A DNA stretch of 64,000 bases from Candidatus Brocadiia bacterium. Its GTDB lineage: Bacteria > Planctomycetota > Uabimicrobiia > Uabimicrobiales > JABWCH01. Location of the stretch: NCBI GenBank assembly GCA_013359215.1, contig JABWCH010000001.1, positions 7,528 through 71,527 on the forward strand, read 5' to 3'. Positions within the stretch are counted from its first letter, which is position 1. Every line of letters begins with the position of its first letter. Positions 1-9,739 of the stretch are shown in pieces. The position numbers and the translations under genes were made by a program. The notes beneath the pieces are model-generated. The model searched no databases and was not told the origin of the DNA. It saw only the letters and a list, made by a program, of their open reading frames with translations.

Positions 1-1118
1 TGATTGATTTTGCTCGCTCCCCTATCAGCAAAGCCAAAGGTGGGGCTTTGAATTCTCTGACTCCTTTGGAAATTTCCGCTCAAGTTGTAAAAAAAATGAT
101 GCAGCGCAATCCCAATATCCCTTTGGAAAGAATCGAAATGCTGACAGCAGGCTGTGCTTTCCCAGAAGCAGAGCAAGGCTTTAACCTGGGGCGTTGCCTT
201 GCCATAAAGGCTGGTTTGCCTTCTTGCGTTGCAGGCATTACCGTTAACCAATTTTGCGCTTCTTCCCAGCAGGCAGTCATGATGGTTGCCGATGCACTTA
301 GCCTTGGTAAAGGAGATTTTGGTATAGCGGTTGGCGTGGAACACATGACACGCATTCCTATGGGTGGTTTCAATCCATTCTTTGATGCTGAATTGAAGGA
401 AAAGAATTTTTATATTTCAATGGGTGCGACAGCAGAAAATCTGTCTAAAGATCTCAACATCAGCAGGGAAGACCAGGAAGCTTTTTCTGCCCAAAGCCAT
501 GCCAAAGCAATCAAAGCCCAGGAAGAGAATGTTTTTAGCAAAGAAATCGTTCCGATTGATTTGCCCAATGGCAGCAAATGCGCACAAGATGAAAACCCCA
601 GATTGCCAGATTTAGAAAAGATGAAAAGCCTTAAGCCTGCCTTTGATGCACAGGGAACAATCACTCCTGCAACATCATCTCCTGTTACAACAGGTGCTTG
701 CGCTATGATTCTAGCGCGAGAAGATGTAGCCAGAGAATTGGGTCTGCTGTCCAGAGCCTATATCCTTAGCACAGCCGTTGCTGGGTGCGATTTCACCAGA
801 ATGGGCATGGGGCCATTACCAGCAGCAGAAAAAGCCTTAAAGAGAGCCAATCTGAAGATAGAAAACATGGACATCATCGAACTCAATGAAGCCTTTGCCG
901 CTCAATCCCTTTATGTCATTCGTAAAGGTGGCTGGAATATCGATAAAGTCAATATTCTGGGAGGTGCTATTGCTCTTGGTCATCCATTAGGAATGTCTGG
1001 GGCACGCATCATTGGAACAGCGATCACTGCATTGGAAAAAACAAATGGCAAGTATGCGCTGGCCACCTTGTGTGTTGGAGGAGGGCAGGGCGCGGCTACT
1101 ATCCTGGAAAGGAGGTAA
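1..1118 (+). CDS. 3-ketoacyl-CoA thiolase / acetyl-CoA C-acyltransferase (5' end outside window)
   Basis: The frame is open from base 3 (IDFARSPISKAKGGAL...), so the listed TTG at 48 is internal. Thiolase hallmarks are present: active-site Cys context VNQFCASSQQA, NEAFAAQ, GGAIALGHPLGMSGAR and CVGGGQG near the C-terminus. Confidence 0.9.
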   Translation, partial: IDFARSPISKAKGGALNSLTPLEISAQVVKKMMQRNPNIPLERIEMLTAGCAFPEAEQGFNLGRCLAIKAGLPSCVAGITVNQFCASSQQAVMMVADALSLGKGDFGIAVGVEHMTRIPMGGFNPFFDAELKEKNFYISMGATAENLSKDLNISREDQEAFSAQSHAKAIKAQEENVFSKEIVPIDLPNGSKCAQDENPRLPDLEKMKSLKPAFDAQGTITPATSSPVTTGACAMILAREDVARELGLLSRAYILSTAVAGCDFTRMGMGPLPAAEKALKRANLKIENMDIIELNEAFAAQSLYVIRKGGWNIDKVNILGGAIALGHPLGMSGARIIGTAITALEKTNGKYALATLCVGGGQGAATILERR

Positions 1119-1120
1119 GC

Positions 1121-3463
1121 ATGTACGAAATTAAACATGTGGCAGTAGTCGGTGGTGGAATCATGGGAGGCAATATTGCTGCTTTTTTTGCTAACCTTGG
1201 CATAACTTCCGATCTTTTCGATATTGATCCCAAAGTTCTGGAAAGCACAATGCAAAAGCTGGAAGATCCTAAAGCCAAGATTCCCATGCTGTATAGCACT
1301 CGTTTTATCAAAAAAATCCAGCCAAGACTATCCAGCGAAATGAACAAATATCTGCCCAAGGCGGATCTGATCGTAGAAGCTGTACCAGAAAAGATGTCTA
1401 TCAAAAAGACTGTTTTTCAGGAAGTAGACAAGCATAGAAAAGAGACTTCGATTGTTACCACAAACACCTCTGGACTTTCTGTTGCCCAGATGGTACAAGG
1501 GCTTTCTGAATCTATCCAAAAGCATTTTGTGGGAACTCACTATTTTAATCCTGTCCGTTTTATGCCTCTTGTGGAAATTATCCCCACAGCCAAAACAGAC
1601 CAGGAAATCGTTGCCTATTTGCTCGGCTTCTATAAAAAGATCGGCAAACAGCCCATTGTCTGCAAGGATACGCCTAACTTCGTAGCAAACCGCATTGGCG
1701 TTTTTGCCTTGATCAAAACCTTGGCTCTCATGAAAAAATACAATTTCGATGTAGAGACTATAGATATGATTACAGGCTCATGCCTGGGCAATCCCAGCAC
1801 AGCTACATTGCGTTTGAGCGACATGGTTGGAATCGATACCATTGGGCATGTCTCTATGAACGTATATGAGAACTGCCCTACAGATGAATTCCGCGATGTC
1901 TTCAAAGTTCCAGAACTCATGCAAAAGATGATCGAGGAAAAGAAGTTCGGAGAAAAAACAGGAAAAGGCTTCTATTGCAAAGGCCCCAACAAAGATATCC
2001 TTGCTCTGGACATGAATTCTTGGGAATATAAGCCTAAAAAAGAGGCAAGATGCGATGAAGTCAAGATAGCAAAAGGCTATGATGACATAAAAGAACGTAT
2101 TTATTATATGTGTCACGGCGATTCTGCGATCAACAAATTTTGCCGCGAACTTTTAATCAGCACCGCAGCCTATAGCCTTAATAGAGTAGGTGAAAGCGCA
2201 GACGATATTCTCACCATCGATAATGCCGTCAAATGGGGTTTCAAGAAAGAGATTGGCCCTATCGAAGTTCTGGATGTCTTTGGTATTCCCAAAGCAATAG
2301 AATACATGCAGCAGATGGGGATTGCCATCCCTAAATTGCTCCAGGAAATCCAGACAAAAGGAAACCATATCTATCCTTCCTGCTGCGGCAAGAGCAAAGT
2401 CTATGATCCTATATCCAAAGACTTTATCGAGATACCTGAACGCAAAGACGTAATCTATCTTGCTAAACTCAAAAAAGAAGGAAAGATCGTCCGCGAAAAT
2501 CTAAGCGCAAGAATGATAGACATAGGAGACGATGTTCTTCTCGTAGAACTCGACCATCGCATGGTTCCTACTGTCAACCTGGTAGATGACTTTGTGATTT
2601 CCATGCTTTGGAATGCACCCCAGGTGGTCAAAGAAAAGGGCTTCAAGGCTCTGGTGATTAGCAACCAGGCAACCAACTTTTCTTCAGGCGCACAGTTGCA
2701 GCTTCTTCTCGAAGTTTGCAAGGCAAAACAATGGAAAACCATTGAGGCACTCAGTGCTTCTCTGCAATATGCTAATATGAATCTTTATCATGCTGATTTC
2801 CCCGTAGTTGTTGCACCTCATGGAATGACTCTGGGCGGTGGTATGGAAATTACGCTGGCAGGCCAGAAGCGGGTTGCCTATTCTGAACTCTATGGCGGTC
2901 TTGTAGAAGTAGGCGTAGGTCTTCTCCCTGGTGGCGCAGGCTGTTTGCTTCTTTTGATGCAGTTTATGGATGTCATGGAAAAAAGAAACCCTGGCCCCAT
3001 GCCTCCTGCCATGAAATCCCTGGAACTCATTGCCTATGGCTCTGTCTCCAATTCTGCCCACGATGCTATAGACAAAGGCTATCTCCGCCCTGACGATGTT
3101 GTTGTTGTCAACAAAGACGAACTCATTTCCAAAGCCAAGGAAGTCGCGCTTTCGATGCTGCCCAACCATCAGCCAAAGCCCAAAAGAGAACTCTATCTTG
3201 CAGGAAACGGCGGCTATATGGTATTGGAAGCAGGTATTGACGATATGGTGGCGGCGGGAACGCTCACAAAACATGGAGCTGTCATTGCCAAAAAGCAAGC
3301 CTATGTTCTAACAGGCGGTTCTAAAGCTTCCCCCATTACCCCCATAACAGAAGACGAATTCCTTGCTATGGAACGAGAAGCCTTTGTTCAACTTTGCGCT
3401 GAACCCATGAGCCAGGCACGCATTGAATACATGCTCAAAAACAAAAAGCCGCTTATCAACTAA
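1121..3463 (+). CDS. Fused 3-hydroxyacyl-CoA dehydrogenase (N-terminal) / enoyl-CoA hydratase-like (C-terminal) beta-oxidation protein, FadN/FadB-type
   Basis: ATG at 1121 is preceded by GGAGG and lies 2 nt after the thiolase stop; the track start at 1070 overlaps the thiolase and is unlikely. It has a Rossmann motif VAVVGGGIMGGNIA, an HADH core (NTSGLS, GTHYFNPV) and a C-terminal crotonase-like segment (HGMTLGGGMEITLAG). Confidence 0.85.
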   Translation: MYEIKHVAVVGGGIMGGNIAAFFANLGITSDLFDIDPKVLESTMQKLEDPKAKIPMLYSTRFIKKIQPRLSSEMNKYLPKADLIVEAVPEKMSIKKTVFQEVDKHRKETSIVTTNTSGLSVAQMVQGLSESIQKHFVGTHYFNPVRFMPLVEIIPTAKTDQEIVAYLLGFYKKIGKQPIVCKDTPNFVANRIGVFALIKTLALMKKYNFDVETIDMITGSCLGNPSTATLRLSDMVGIDTIGHVSMNVYENCPTDEFRDVFKVPELMQKMIEEKKFGEKTGKGFYCKGPNKDILALDMNSWEYKPKKEARCDEVKIAKGYDDIKERIYYMCHGDSAINKFCRELLISTAAYSLNRVGESADDILTIDNAVKWGFKKEIGPIEVLDVFGIPKAIEYMQQMGIAIPKLLQEIQTKGNHIYPSCCGKSKVYDPISKDFIEIPERKDVIYLAKLKKEGKIVRENLSARMIDIGDDVLLVELDHRMVPTVNLVDDFVISMLWNAPQVVKEKGFKALVISNQATNFSSGAQLQLLLEVCKAKQWKTIEALSASLQYANMNLYHADFPVVVAPHGMTLGGGMEITLAGQKRVAYSELYGGLVEVGVGLLPGGAGCLLLLMQFMDVMEKRNPGPMPPAMKSLELIAYGSVSNSAHDAIDKGYLRPDDVVVVNKDELISKAKEVALSMLPNHQPKPKRELYLAGNGGYMVLEAGIDDMVAAGTLTKHGAVIAKKQAYVLTGGSKASPITPITEDEFLAMEREAFVQLCAEPMSQARIEYMLKNKKPLIN

Positions 3464-3471
3464 AGGCTTAA

Positions 3472-3508
3472 AATCAACAACCACAAACAGATCTGGTGGT
3501 TGTTGATT
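3472..3508. terminator. Hairpin between convergent genes (possible bidirectional terminator)
   Basis: A 13-bp perfect stem, aatcaacaaccac (3472-3484) / gtggttgttgatt (3496-3508), with an 11-nt loop. Only a short U-run follows, on the minus strand. Confidence 0.45.
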
Positions 3509-3528
3509 ATCCTCATCAAAATTCTAAG

Positions 3529-4185
3529 TTAATTCCTATCTGCATTCTTGTTTCTTTTTTTGGCAAAGCCAAGAATGAATCCTAGAACAACAGCAAGGAG
3601 GGCTGCTGTTACTACGCGAAATTCTGGTGGGAGTAGAAAGGTAAGGGTGTGGGCAGGTATCCAAAACCATAAGAAGGCAAATCCCACGATACGAAACATG
3701 CTTTTCCAGTCAATGCTCATGAAGGTATCTACGACCTTCCAGCAAGAAAAAAGTTCTCCTTTTTCGATCAGGGTATCAGTAAAGCGATGGAAGGACATCA
3801 TGGGAAAAGCAAAGATTATGTTCATGAAAAAAGATTTCCAAAAGGCAGAAAAAATTTCTGAATCCCCAGGCAGAAGACCTTGCTTTAAAAGTCCATCAAC
3901 TCCAAAAGAAAATAAAGGAAAAACAGCGGTAAAAACAAGGCCAAGGAAACCCCAGACCAGGACTCTTTGAGACAACCGAATCTCTGTCAATTTCCATTTC
4001 CCTGTAGCGATCTTTCTGCCCAAAAGCTCGCCCATAGTCCCTAAAATCGCGATTTTAAGAAAGCCCATGAAATAAGGATAGCTTCGTGTGTATTGTACAA
4101 AATATTCTCTGGTTTGGGAAAGAGATAAAATAACGACAACCATACCTAAAAGCAAACACCATAAAAAAGAAATGAATCTGTCCAC
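3529..4185 (-). CDS. Polytopic membrane protein, unknown function
   Basis: 218-aa ORF with about 6 hydrophobic segments and a basic C-terminal tail (KKRNKNADRN). No family recognised. Confidence 0.6.
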   Translation of the reverse strand: MDRFISFLWCLLLGMVVVILSLSQTREYFVQYTRSYPYFMGFLKIAILGTMGELLGRKIATGKWKLTEIRLSQRVLVWGFLGLVFTAVFPLFSFGVDGLLKQGLLPGDSEIFSAFWKSFFMNIIFAFPMMSFHRFTDTLIEKGELFSCWKVVDTFMSIDWKSMFRIVGFAFLWFWIPAHTLTFLLPPEFRVVTAALLAVVLGFILGFAKKRNKNADRN

Positions 4186-4199
4186 TGCTTATTCTCCAG

Positions 4200-6386
4200 C
4201 TATTGCCATCGTTTTGATCGTAAGAGAAAAAAATTCACGATAAGAGAGATCCACCATAAATCCTTTGCTTTGGAAATCCATTGAGAGAGGGACGACTGAA
4301 AAATTTCGCTCATGCCATAAGCACCTTGTACATTGGGTATCATCAACGCATCGATGATGTTGGTTGCCATGCCTTCTGTTTGATAGAGCATATAAACTAG
4401 AATCAAGGAAAAGAAAAACAGGCTCAATACAAAAGGCCCTGCTATAGACCATGGCTTTGCAGAACCAGGCAAAAGAAATTCTAAAGCCTGCCGCATTCTA
4501 TATACGATTTTATTATCGCAGCCACGGTCAGGTTTTGTAGGCAGAAATAAGGCTATAAATGCTAAAGAGCTAAATAAAATAATAAAAAAAAGAGCTATAT
4601 AACTAAATAAGATAAAACCTATATCTTTAGAATTGCCCTGGTCTAAATTTTCCATCAGGGAAAATATCTCTGGAAAGGTTAGCTCTTGAGAGCTTGCCAG
4701 CATGTTGCTCCATTGTAGACCTGTAGGAAGGGCCAAGAGTGGTATAGTAGCATTGTATTTTTGCATTTTTTCTATTCTAGGATGAACAACTCTTTTCCCC
4801 AAATTGAACGCAGCCACTTCCAAAGATGGATCTTTGTCCAAAGCCTTTTGAAAAAGAAGCCTGGCTGCCTCTCTGTCGCATCGATGATAGGCAATAACAC
4901 CGCGATTGTTCAAAGCTTGGGCTGAGTCTAGCTTCTGGTATATTTCGTCCGCTGCTTGTTCTTCTTGTGCCTTTTGTAAGGCAAAAGCATAGATAAATTC
5001 TTTGCTTTCTGTATTCCTTGCTTTCTGAATATACTCTATGGCATCAGGATGATTCAAAAAGCCATTGAGACAGGAAATAGGCATATTGGCTGCATACCTA
5101 ATTGCCTCTATGCCTAAAAGAAGGCCATAAAAAGTATAGCAGCCAATGGCAACCAAAATAAGAAAACCTGTTAGCTCCCCTTTTGTCCAAAATCGGAAAA
5201 AAAAGAGGTTGGCAAAACGATTTTGTTTGTTTTTGGGAATCCTTATGCCTTTAACAAAAAGTAAAAAAATCATTCCCATACTAATAGCACAAAGCAAGCT
5301 AAGGTAGTGTCCTGTATGTTCAGCATAAATATTCGCTCCGCCAAAAATGCGGAAAGGCGTTGCTGCGTCTTTTCTAGCTTTCCAAAGGTCGGCTTTCTGA
5401 TAGTCTCCTGCTTTTTGGTTTGCCACATATAAAGCATGAAACATATAGCAGCTTGCTTCTGCATAGGGAGAAAAAGTCCATATTCTTTCCCCTAGCTTGT
5501 TCATATACGATAAATCTTGCAGAATATCCTTCTTTTCTCTCAGTGGCCTGCCGTAGACAACCATGACAGAAATCAGGGCATTCATAAGCTCTGGTTCATA
5601 GCCTCGTGCCACTAAGAATTGCATTCCCTTTTCAAAAGCTTCATCGCCCAAAGTTATATTATAGTTGTCTAAAGTATGAACTATAGACAAAAGAGAGAGA
5701 TGATACTCAGCAGGGCTTTGCAAAACTTCTTGAAATTTTGCCAGAGATTCTGTCTTTTTCCCTAAATCCCCTAAAATAATCCCTTGCTGCATGATATACC
5801 ATAAATTCGAAGGATCTCGCTTTGAATGAGCATCTAAGGCTTCTATGGCTTTTTCTTGCAAATTTTGCAAAGAAAGGCTATCGGAATCTGCCTTATCTTT
5901 TATTTTACTTTTGCCTAATATTGTCTCACAAAGGGACTTTGCATCATTTCTGTCCATAGCCGACTGGGATAGATAGCTTGTCAAATAAAAAGGGACATCA
6001 TGGCTTTGGGGAGTGATGGTGTAGTTTTTTTTCCAAGAAAAATCCATGAGCAAAGAGCCTACCTCAACTCGAACACCCTCGTTTGCTTTTTCTATCTGCT
6101 TACAGTAGCCAGGCAAAACAATCCTTTTTTGGACAGCCCCTGTTTGGGCAGAAACTTCATACAAATAGCTTCCAATAGAATAATAGACAAAAGAGCCCGA
6201 TTGTACAGGCCCTGCTTTACCCTCTTTTTCTATTCGGTTCAGACGATCATGGACGTTTTCCCAAATCGTTTGTCCTTTTTCGGATGCGCGTACAACCCCT
6301 TTTTGCATAGTATATTCTATAGCATGTATTTCCAAAACAAACAAAAGAAGACAAAGATGCAAAAAAAGCTTTTTGATCTGCTTCAT
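4200..6386 (-). CDS. Signal-peptide membrane protein with TPR-like helical repeats
   Basis: 728-aa ORF. The N-terminal signal-like segment is KKLFLHLCLLLFVLEIHA. There are central and C-terminal TM clusters and TPR-like stretches (e.g. AARLLFQKALDKDPSLEVAAFNLG). Confidence 0.6.
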   Translation of the reverse strand: MKQIKKLFLHLCLLLFVLEIHAIEYTMQKGVVRASEKGQTIWENVHDRLNRIEKEGKAGPVQSGSFVYYSIGSYLYEVSAQTGAVQKRIVLPGYCKQIEKANEGVRVEVGSLLMDFSWKKNYTITPQSHDVPFYLTSYLSQSAMDRNDAKSLCETILGKSKIKDKADSDSLSLQNLQEKAIEALDAHSKRDPSNLWYIMQQGIILGDLGKKTESLAKFQEVLQSPAEYHLSLLSIVHTLDNYNITLGDEAFEKGMQFLVARGYEPELMNALISVMVVYGRPLREKKDILQDLSYMNKLGERIWTFSPYAEASCYMFHALYVANQKAGDYQKADLWKARKDAATPFRIFGGANIYAEHTGHYLSLLCAISMGMIFLLFVKGIRIPKNKQNRFANLFFFRFWTKGELTGFLILVAIGCYTFYGLLLGIEAIRYAANMPISCLNGFLNHPDAIEYIQKARNTESKEFIYAFALQKAQEEQAADEIYQKLDSAQALNNRGVIAYHRCDREAARLLFQKALDKDPSLEVAAFNLGKRVVHPRIEKMQKYNATIPLLALPTGLQWSNMLASSQELTFPEIFSLMENLDQGNSKDIGFILFSYIALFFIILFSSLAFIALFLPTKPDRGCDNKIVYRMRQALEFLLPGSAKPWSIAGPFVLSLFFFSLILVYMLYQTEGMATNIIDALMIPNVQGAYGMSEIFQSSLSQWISKAKDLWWISLIVNFFLLRSKRWQ

Positions 6387-6403
6387 AAAAATCCTTTCTG
6401 TTT

Positions 6404-6476
6404 CAAATTTCTGCTTGATGGAAGGTAGTTAGGTTGGTATTGTAGCTAGAAATGGAATTTTTGTCCAGGGATTTTA
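6404..6476. repeat. Left arm of 73-nt inverted repeat bounding a 3.4-kb islet
   Basis: The reverse complement of 9740-9812 matches 6404-6476 at 67/73 positions, e.g. ttggtattgtagctagaaat(g/a)gaatttttgtccagggatttta. Confidence 0.85.
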
Positions 6477-6585
6477 GCGTCTTTATCCTTTAGAGAAGTG
6501 TGCCAAAAGATTATTCAAATTCTAACCATCTTTCCCCCATTAGAAACTAAAAAGTTAGATGTTTGCCGAAAAAGCAAAGATTTTT

Positions 6586-6673
6586 ATCACGAATAAGACG
6601 AATGGCCGAATGACACAAATAGTTTTTATAAAAATTTCATTCGCGTAATTTGTATATTCGTCTCATTTGTGAT
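6586..6673. repeat. Imperfect hairpin built from degenerate ACGAAT/GACGAAT-type words
   Basis: The arms atcacgaataagacgaatggccgaatgacacaaat and atttcattcgcgtaatttgtatattcgtctcatttgtgat are imperfectly complementary. Confidence 0.55.
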
Positions 6674-6711
6674 TCATACCTTTTTGGTTTCGGCTTGTCC
6701 GAGATAGGTAA

Positions 6712-6890
6712 GTGTTCAAAAGTCTTTGTACAAAATATAAATTATTGACAAATATAATATTTAAAGAATACTCACCATGAAGAGTACGAAGAACACGAAA
6801 AAAAATGGTTTTGTATATTTCTTTTCGTGATCTTCGTGTTTTTTACTTTGCGTTCTTCGTGTTAAAAATTTTAGGACATAAACTTTTGCC
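6712..6890. repeat. MITE-like ~180-bp element with TGTTCAAAAGT-type inverted termini and an ACGAAGA-word hairpin core
   Basis: Left terminus is tgttcaaaagtctttgtac. Right terminus is ggacataaacttttgcc (rc ggcaaaagtttatgtcc). Core arms are acgaagaacacgaaaa (6786-6801) / ttttcgtgatcttcgt (6822-6837). Confidence 0.6.
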
Positions 6891-6934
6891 TAAACCCCAA
6901 CCTTCTTTTCCTGCTTAGAATGCCTGTATAACTG

Positions 6935-7852
6935 CTATTTTTGAAATTTTTTTATTAGAGATTTAATGATTCTTCCTAATGCAATTAGACCACCTATTAC
7001 GGGCATTTCTTCCAACACCTTTGTTCCATTTTTTATAACAGTTTTTTTTAATTCTGTATCCATAGACTTTTCTATACCTTGAATTAAATATTCATGTCTT
7101 GAAAACTGTTTACAAAGATTGATAATATGATATGCTGTGGCTTTTTCTATTGTCCAAGAGTTACCGTTAGGTTCTGTAATAGTAACTAAAGGTATATCTA
7201 CAATTACTTCAGTCCCTTCAGGCATCTTATTTATTTCTTGTTTTGTTCCAACCGTTACCAAAGGCTCTTCTGAAATATCTATCTCGTTGCTTTTTACTAA
7301 ACCCAACTCGACAAATAATGGCGTTAAAGGCAATAAATCATATTTATCCACTTCTGTATGTTTAAAGGAAGCCTTGGATAAAGTTTGAAATGGAATTCTA
7401 GCTGTAAAAATATCCATTATCCAATATCTTGTATTCGAATCTCCTGTTTTTTTGTCTGTTCCTAACACTGAAGTCAGATAAGTTTTTGGAACCGATTCCC
7501 CTTGTTTTTCTTCATCCATGATGCTTATAGTATTGGATGAAATTTTTGTTTCTTCGACTAATTCTCTTTTTGCAGCATCTAAAGTGCTTCTATCCAATCC
7601 TTGTTTTATTCCACCGCCAGGAAATACATATTTTCCAGCGTGGGAAATAGTGTTCGATCTCTTTGTCATTAGCACAGAGGGCCTACCTTTTATATCGAGA
7701 GTTAGAAGGCAAACAGACCCAGATTTTCTAAATAGATTTGGATATTTATCTAAAGATCCCTTAAGACTCGATAAATAATCTTGATAAGAAATTTTTTGTA
7801 AAGGGACATTCTCTTTTGGATCAGTATTTTTATCAATCGTAGAATATTCCAT
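6935..7852 (-). CDS. Nudix-fold protein with long C-terminal extension
   Basis: 305 aa with a Nudix-box-like segment PGGGIKQGLDRSTLDAAKRELVEETKI (REUXEE core present, other positions divergent). The C-terminal tail is amphipathic or hydrophobic (VIGGLIALGRIIKSLIKKF). Confidence 0.6.
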   Translation of the reverse strand: MEYSTIDKNTDPKENVPLQKISYQDYLSSLKGSLDKYPNLFRKSGSVCLLTLDIKGRPSVLMTKRSNTISHAGKYVFPGGGIKQGLDRSTLDAAKRELVEETKISSNTISIMDEEKQGESVPKTYLTSVLGTDKKTGDSNTRYWIMDIFTARIPFQTLSKASFKHTEVDKYDLLPLTPLFVELGLVKSNEIDISEEPLVTVGTKQEINKMPEGTEVIVDIPLVTITEPNGNSWTIEKATAYHIINLCKQFSRHEYLIQGIEKSMDTELKKTVIKNGTKVLEEMPVIGGLIALGRIIKSLIKKFQK

Positions 7853-7922
7853 CCCTAAAATCTCCTTTACTTATTGGCTAGAAGCTTCATCAAAAACAAC
7901 AAAAAAATATTTTATTAGGCAT

Positions 7923-8001
7923 TTGTTCAAAAGTTTATATCCTAAAATTTTTAACACGAAAAGCGCGAAACAAAAAACGCGAAGGTCACGAAAAGAAATA
8001 T
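7923..8001. repeat. Inverted copy of the right half of the 6712-6890 element
   Basis: The rc of 7928-8001 matches 6815-6888 at about 66/74 positions (atatttcttttcgtga..ttcgtgttaaaaattttagga.ataaacttttg). It starts with the terminus motif tttgttcaaaagttt. Confidence 0.8.
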
Positions 8002-8039
8002 AAATTCCAGCTTCTTTTCAAATTTTAGAATTGTTTTTT

Positions 8040-8069
8040 AATCTGCGTAATCTGTGCAATCTGCGGATT
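8040..8069. repeat. Orphan half-arm of the CTGCGTAAT-word hairpin family
   Basis: aatctgcgtaatctgtgcaatctgcggatt is three 9-nt degenerate words. It matches the right arm at 14494-14519 but has no local complementary partner. Confidence 0.55.
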
Positions 8070-8150
8070 TTTTATTTTTGGTCTTCTATATTATCGTGCA
8101 ACGCCCTCAGAGGGGCGTATGAGGAAAATTTATTTTAAAAAAAATAACCT

Positions 8151-8399
8151 TTATTCCATGCATTCATCCAGCCTTTTCTCGAAGGTTTCTATATCAGGAG
8201 CAGTTCGGACATCCTGGAAAATCTGTTTTAGCTTTTCCATATCCGATATTTGCTGAATCTGTTTCATTCTATGCAATCCTCTTGCCCCGAATCTCATTTC
8301 TAAAATGGACACTATTGCTTTGATTTCCCCTTTGATTTCCCCTTCGATTCTGCCTTCGATTCTACCTTCTTGTCTGATACGGTCTGCTGTGCTTATCAT
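8151..8399 (-). CDS. Small DUF4351-like protein (C-terminal module of Rpn/YhgA-type putative transposases)
   Basis: 82 aa. An EGRIEGRIEGEIKGEIK repeat is followed by ILEMRFG...QIQQISDMEKLKQI, the pattern I associate with DUF4351. The coding DNA contains 4 tandem 12-nt units at 8319-8366. Confidence 0.5.
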   Translation of the reverse strand: MISTADRIRQEGRIEGRIEGEIKGEIKAIVSILEMRFGARGLHRMKQIQQISDMEKLKQIFQDVRTAPDIETFEKRLDECME

Positions 8400-8447
8400 G
8401 AGCTGGTCTCCTTATCAAAACCTTCCTTTTATATTTATTTTTTTCTA

Positions 8448-8476
8448 TAGACAAAATCTAAATAATCATCTATAAT
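8448..8476 (+). promoter_or_regulatory. Candidate sigma70-type promoter for the Bro-N gene
   Basis: TAGACA (8448-8453), a 17-nt spacer, then TATAAT (8471-8476), about 145 nt upstream of the 8621 start. A small inverted repeat gcatgttt..aaacatgc follows at about 8497-8522. Promoter rules for this lineage are unknown. Confidence 0.3.
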
Positions 8477-8620
8477 ATTCTTTGTCAACAAAAAAAGCAT
8501 GTTTCCTTTTGGAAAACATGCCAAAAATTTAATCTTGCACGTGATTCTATAGGCTTTAGTCTCCTAAATCAAGGAGAAAATATATTTTGTTTCTTTTTAT
8601 AAACATTTTTTTTCAGGAGA

Positions 8621-9721
8621 ATGATCATGTTTCAAATCACAAAAACTTTCGTTCATGACACTGGTTTGCAGATTACCCCTTTTTTCATGCAAGGCACTGG
8701 CTTTGTTTTTTTGCCTAAGGAATTGGAAGGACAGCTTGGGTATGAGAATTTTGCACAGATTATCTTTAAAAGCGATTCTTTTAAAGAGGGCATTGAATAT
8801 ATTATTTTGCGTGATTCTAATCTGTTGGAATTTAAAAACTTACTGAGGTTAAGGAATACTATTCCTCAACCTCACGAAAGTGCTGATGAATCCTTAAAAT
8901 TTTCCCCATCGCTTCTTATCCTTACAGAATCAGGCTTATACACGGCTATGATCCTTTCCCGCAAACCCCAGGCAGAAACTTTTCGTCGGTGGATAACCTG
9001 CGAAGTTTTGCCTTCTATTCGTCAAAAAGGATTCTATCTCCATTCTGCACAAGGAGATACTGAGTTATCAACAATGCCACACGAAGGGGCGTTTTTAGAG
9101 CAAAAAAACACGATTATTTCTGCTATTGTGGATAAAGTTGTGGATAACCAGGAAAAACAAATGCAAAAATTTGCTCAAAGCATATCAACATTCTTTGGCA
9201 AACTCCAAGCCCAGATGAAATTTTTTGTTGAGGATACATGCCAGCGGTTGGATCAGGTAGAGGATGTTTTGTCCGAATGCAAGAAGCAGCATGATATTTT
9301 TGGCGGATGGAAGATGATCAAGATGCTGGTGGAGGATATGACACAACTGTATGATCTTTCGACCCAGGAACGCAGGAACTATTTCACCTCGCTTTGCCAG
9401 CAGTACGACATTTCCCTGCCAGAAAAGGCTTTTTCCGAATCCGAAAAGGCCCAATACGATGTCCAGGCCATTGCCCATAAGCTAGGGCTTTATACATCCA
9501 AGGGTGCGCTGCATACTTCTTTTGTCAAAGCTCTTCTCCATCATCTCCAACTCCAGAAGCTTTCTTCTTCCACTACAAAAAAAGCCTGCTATTCCCCTCA
9601 GACTGTTGTTTCTATACACAACTGGCTACAAGAACGCAAATTCCCTTCTACCCTTTCCCTTCCTTATGGTCAGGGTACTAAAATGCGTCACTTCGAGCTG
9701 GAATACCACAGGCTTAAATGA
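8621..9721 (+). CDS. Bro-N domain protein (phage antirepressor-like)
   Basis: The segment ESGLYTAMILSRKPQAETFRRWITCEVLPSIRQKGFY is the classic Bro-N signature. The C-terminal half is unassigned. Confidence 0.75.
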   Translation: MIMFQITKTFVHDTGLQITPFFMQGTGFVFLPKELEGQLGYENFAQIIFKSDSFKEGIEYIILRDSNLLEFKNLLRLRNTIPQPHESADESLKFSPSLLILTESGLYTAMILSRKPQAETFRRWITCEVLPSIRQKGFYLHSAQGDTELSTMPHEGAFLEQKNTIISAIVDKVVDNQEKQMQKFAQSISTFFGKLQAQMKFFVEDTCQRLDQVEDVLSECKKQHDIFGGWKMIKMLVEDMTQLYDLSTQERRNYFTSLCQQYDISLPEKAFSESEKAQYDVQAIAHKLGLYTSKGALHTSFVKALLHHLQLQKLSSSTTKKACYSPQTVVSIHNWLQERKFPSTLSLPYGQGTKMRHFELEYHRLK

Positions 9722-9739
9722 TTCTATTTCCTGAAACCG

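Noticed and set aside
1070-1120. Upstream start (1070) for the HADH/ECH fusion, and 48 as the thiolase start
   Set aside because: The 1070 start overlaps the thiolase C-terminus in another frame, while ATG 1121 has a GGAGG RBS. The thiolase frame is open to the window edge, so 48 is an internal TTG.
4189-4452. 87-aa ORF, and the many 60-140-aa ORFs nested in or antisense to long genes (e.g. 80-373, 3548-3970, 6000-6428, 35826-36170, 54366-54728)
   Set aside because: All are fully overlapped by much longer ORFs with recognisable domains or continuous coding potential. None has an independent motif or RBS.
6586-8069. Possible CRISPR array suggested by recurring short repeats
   Set aside because: The repeated words are 8-9 nt, directly abutting and arranged as complementary arms. 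There are no regularly spaced 25-40-nt repeats with unique spacers, and no cas genes.
8621-9721. Prophage, suggested by the Bro-N antirepressor-like gene
   Set aside because: No integrase, capsid, terminase, portal or lysis genes lie nearby, and the islet is only 3.4 kb. It is better described as a small repeat-bounded accessory cassette.
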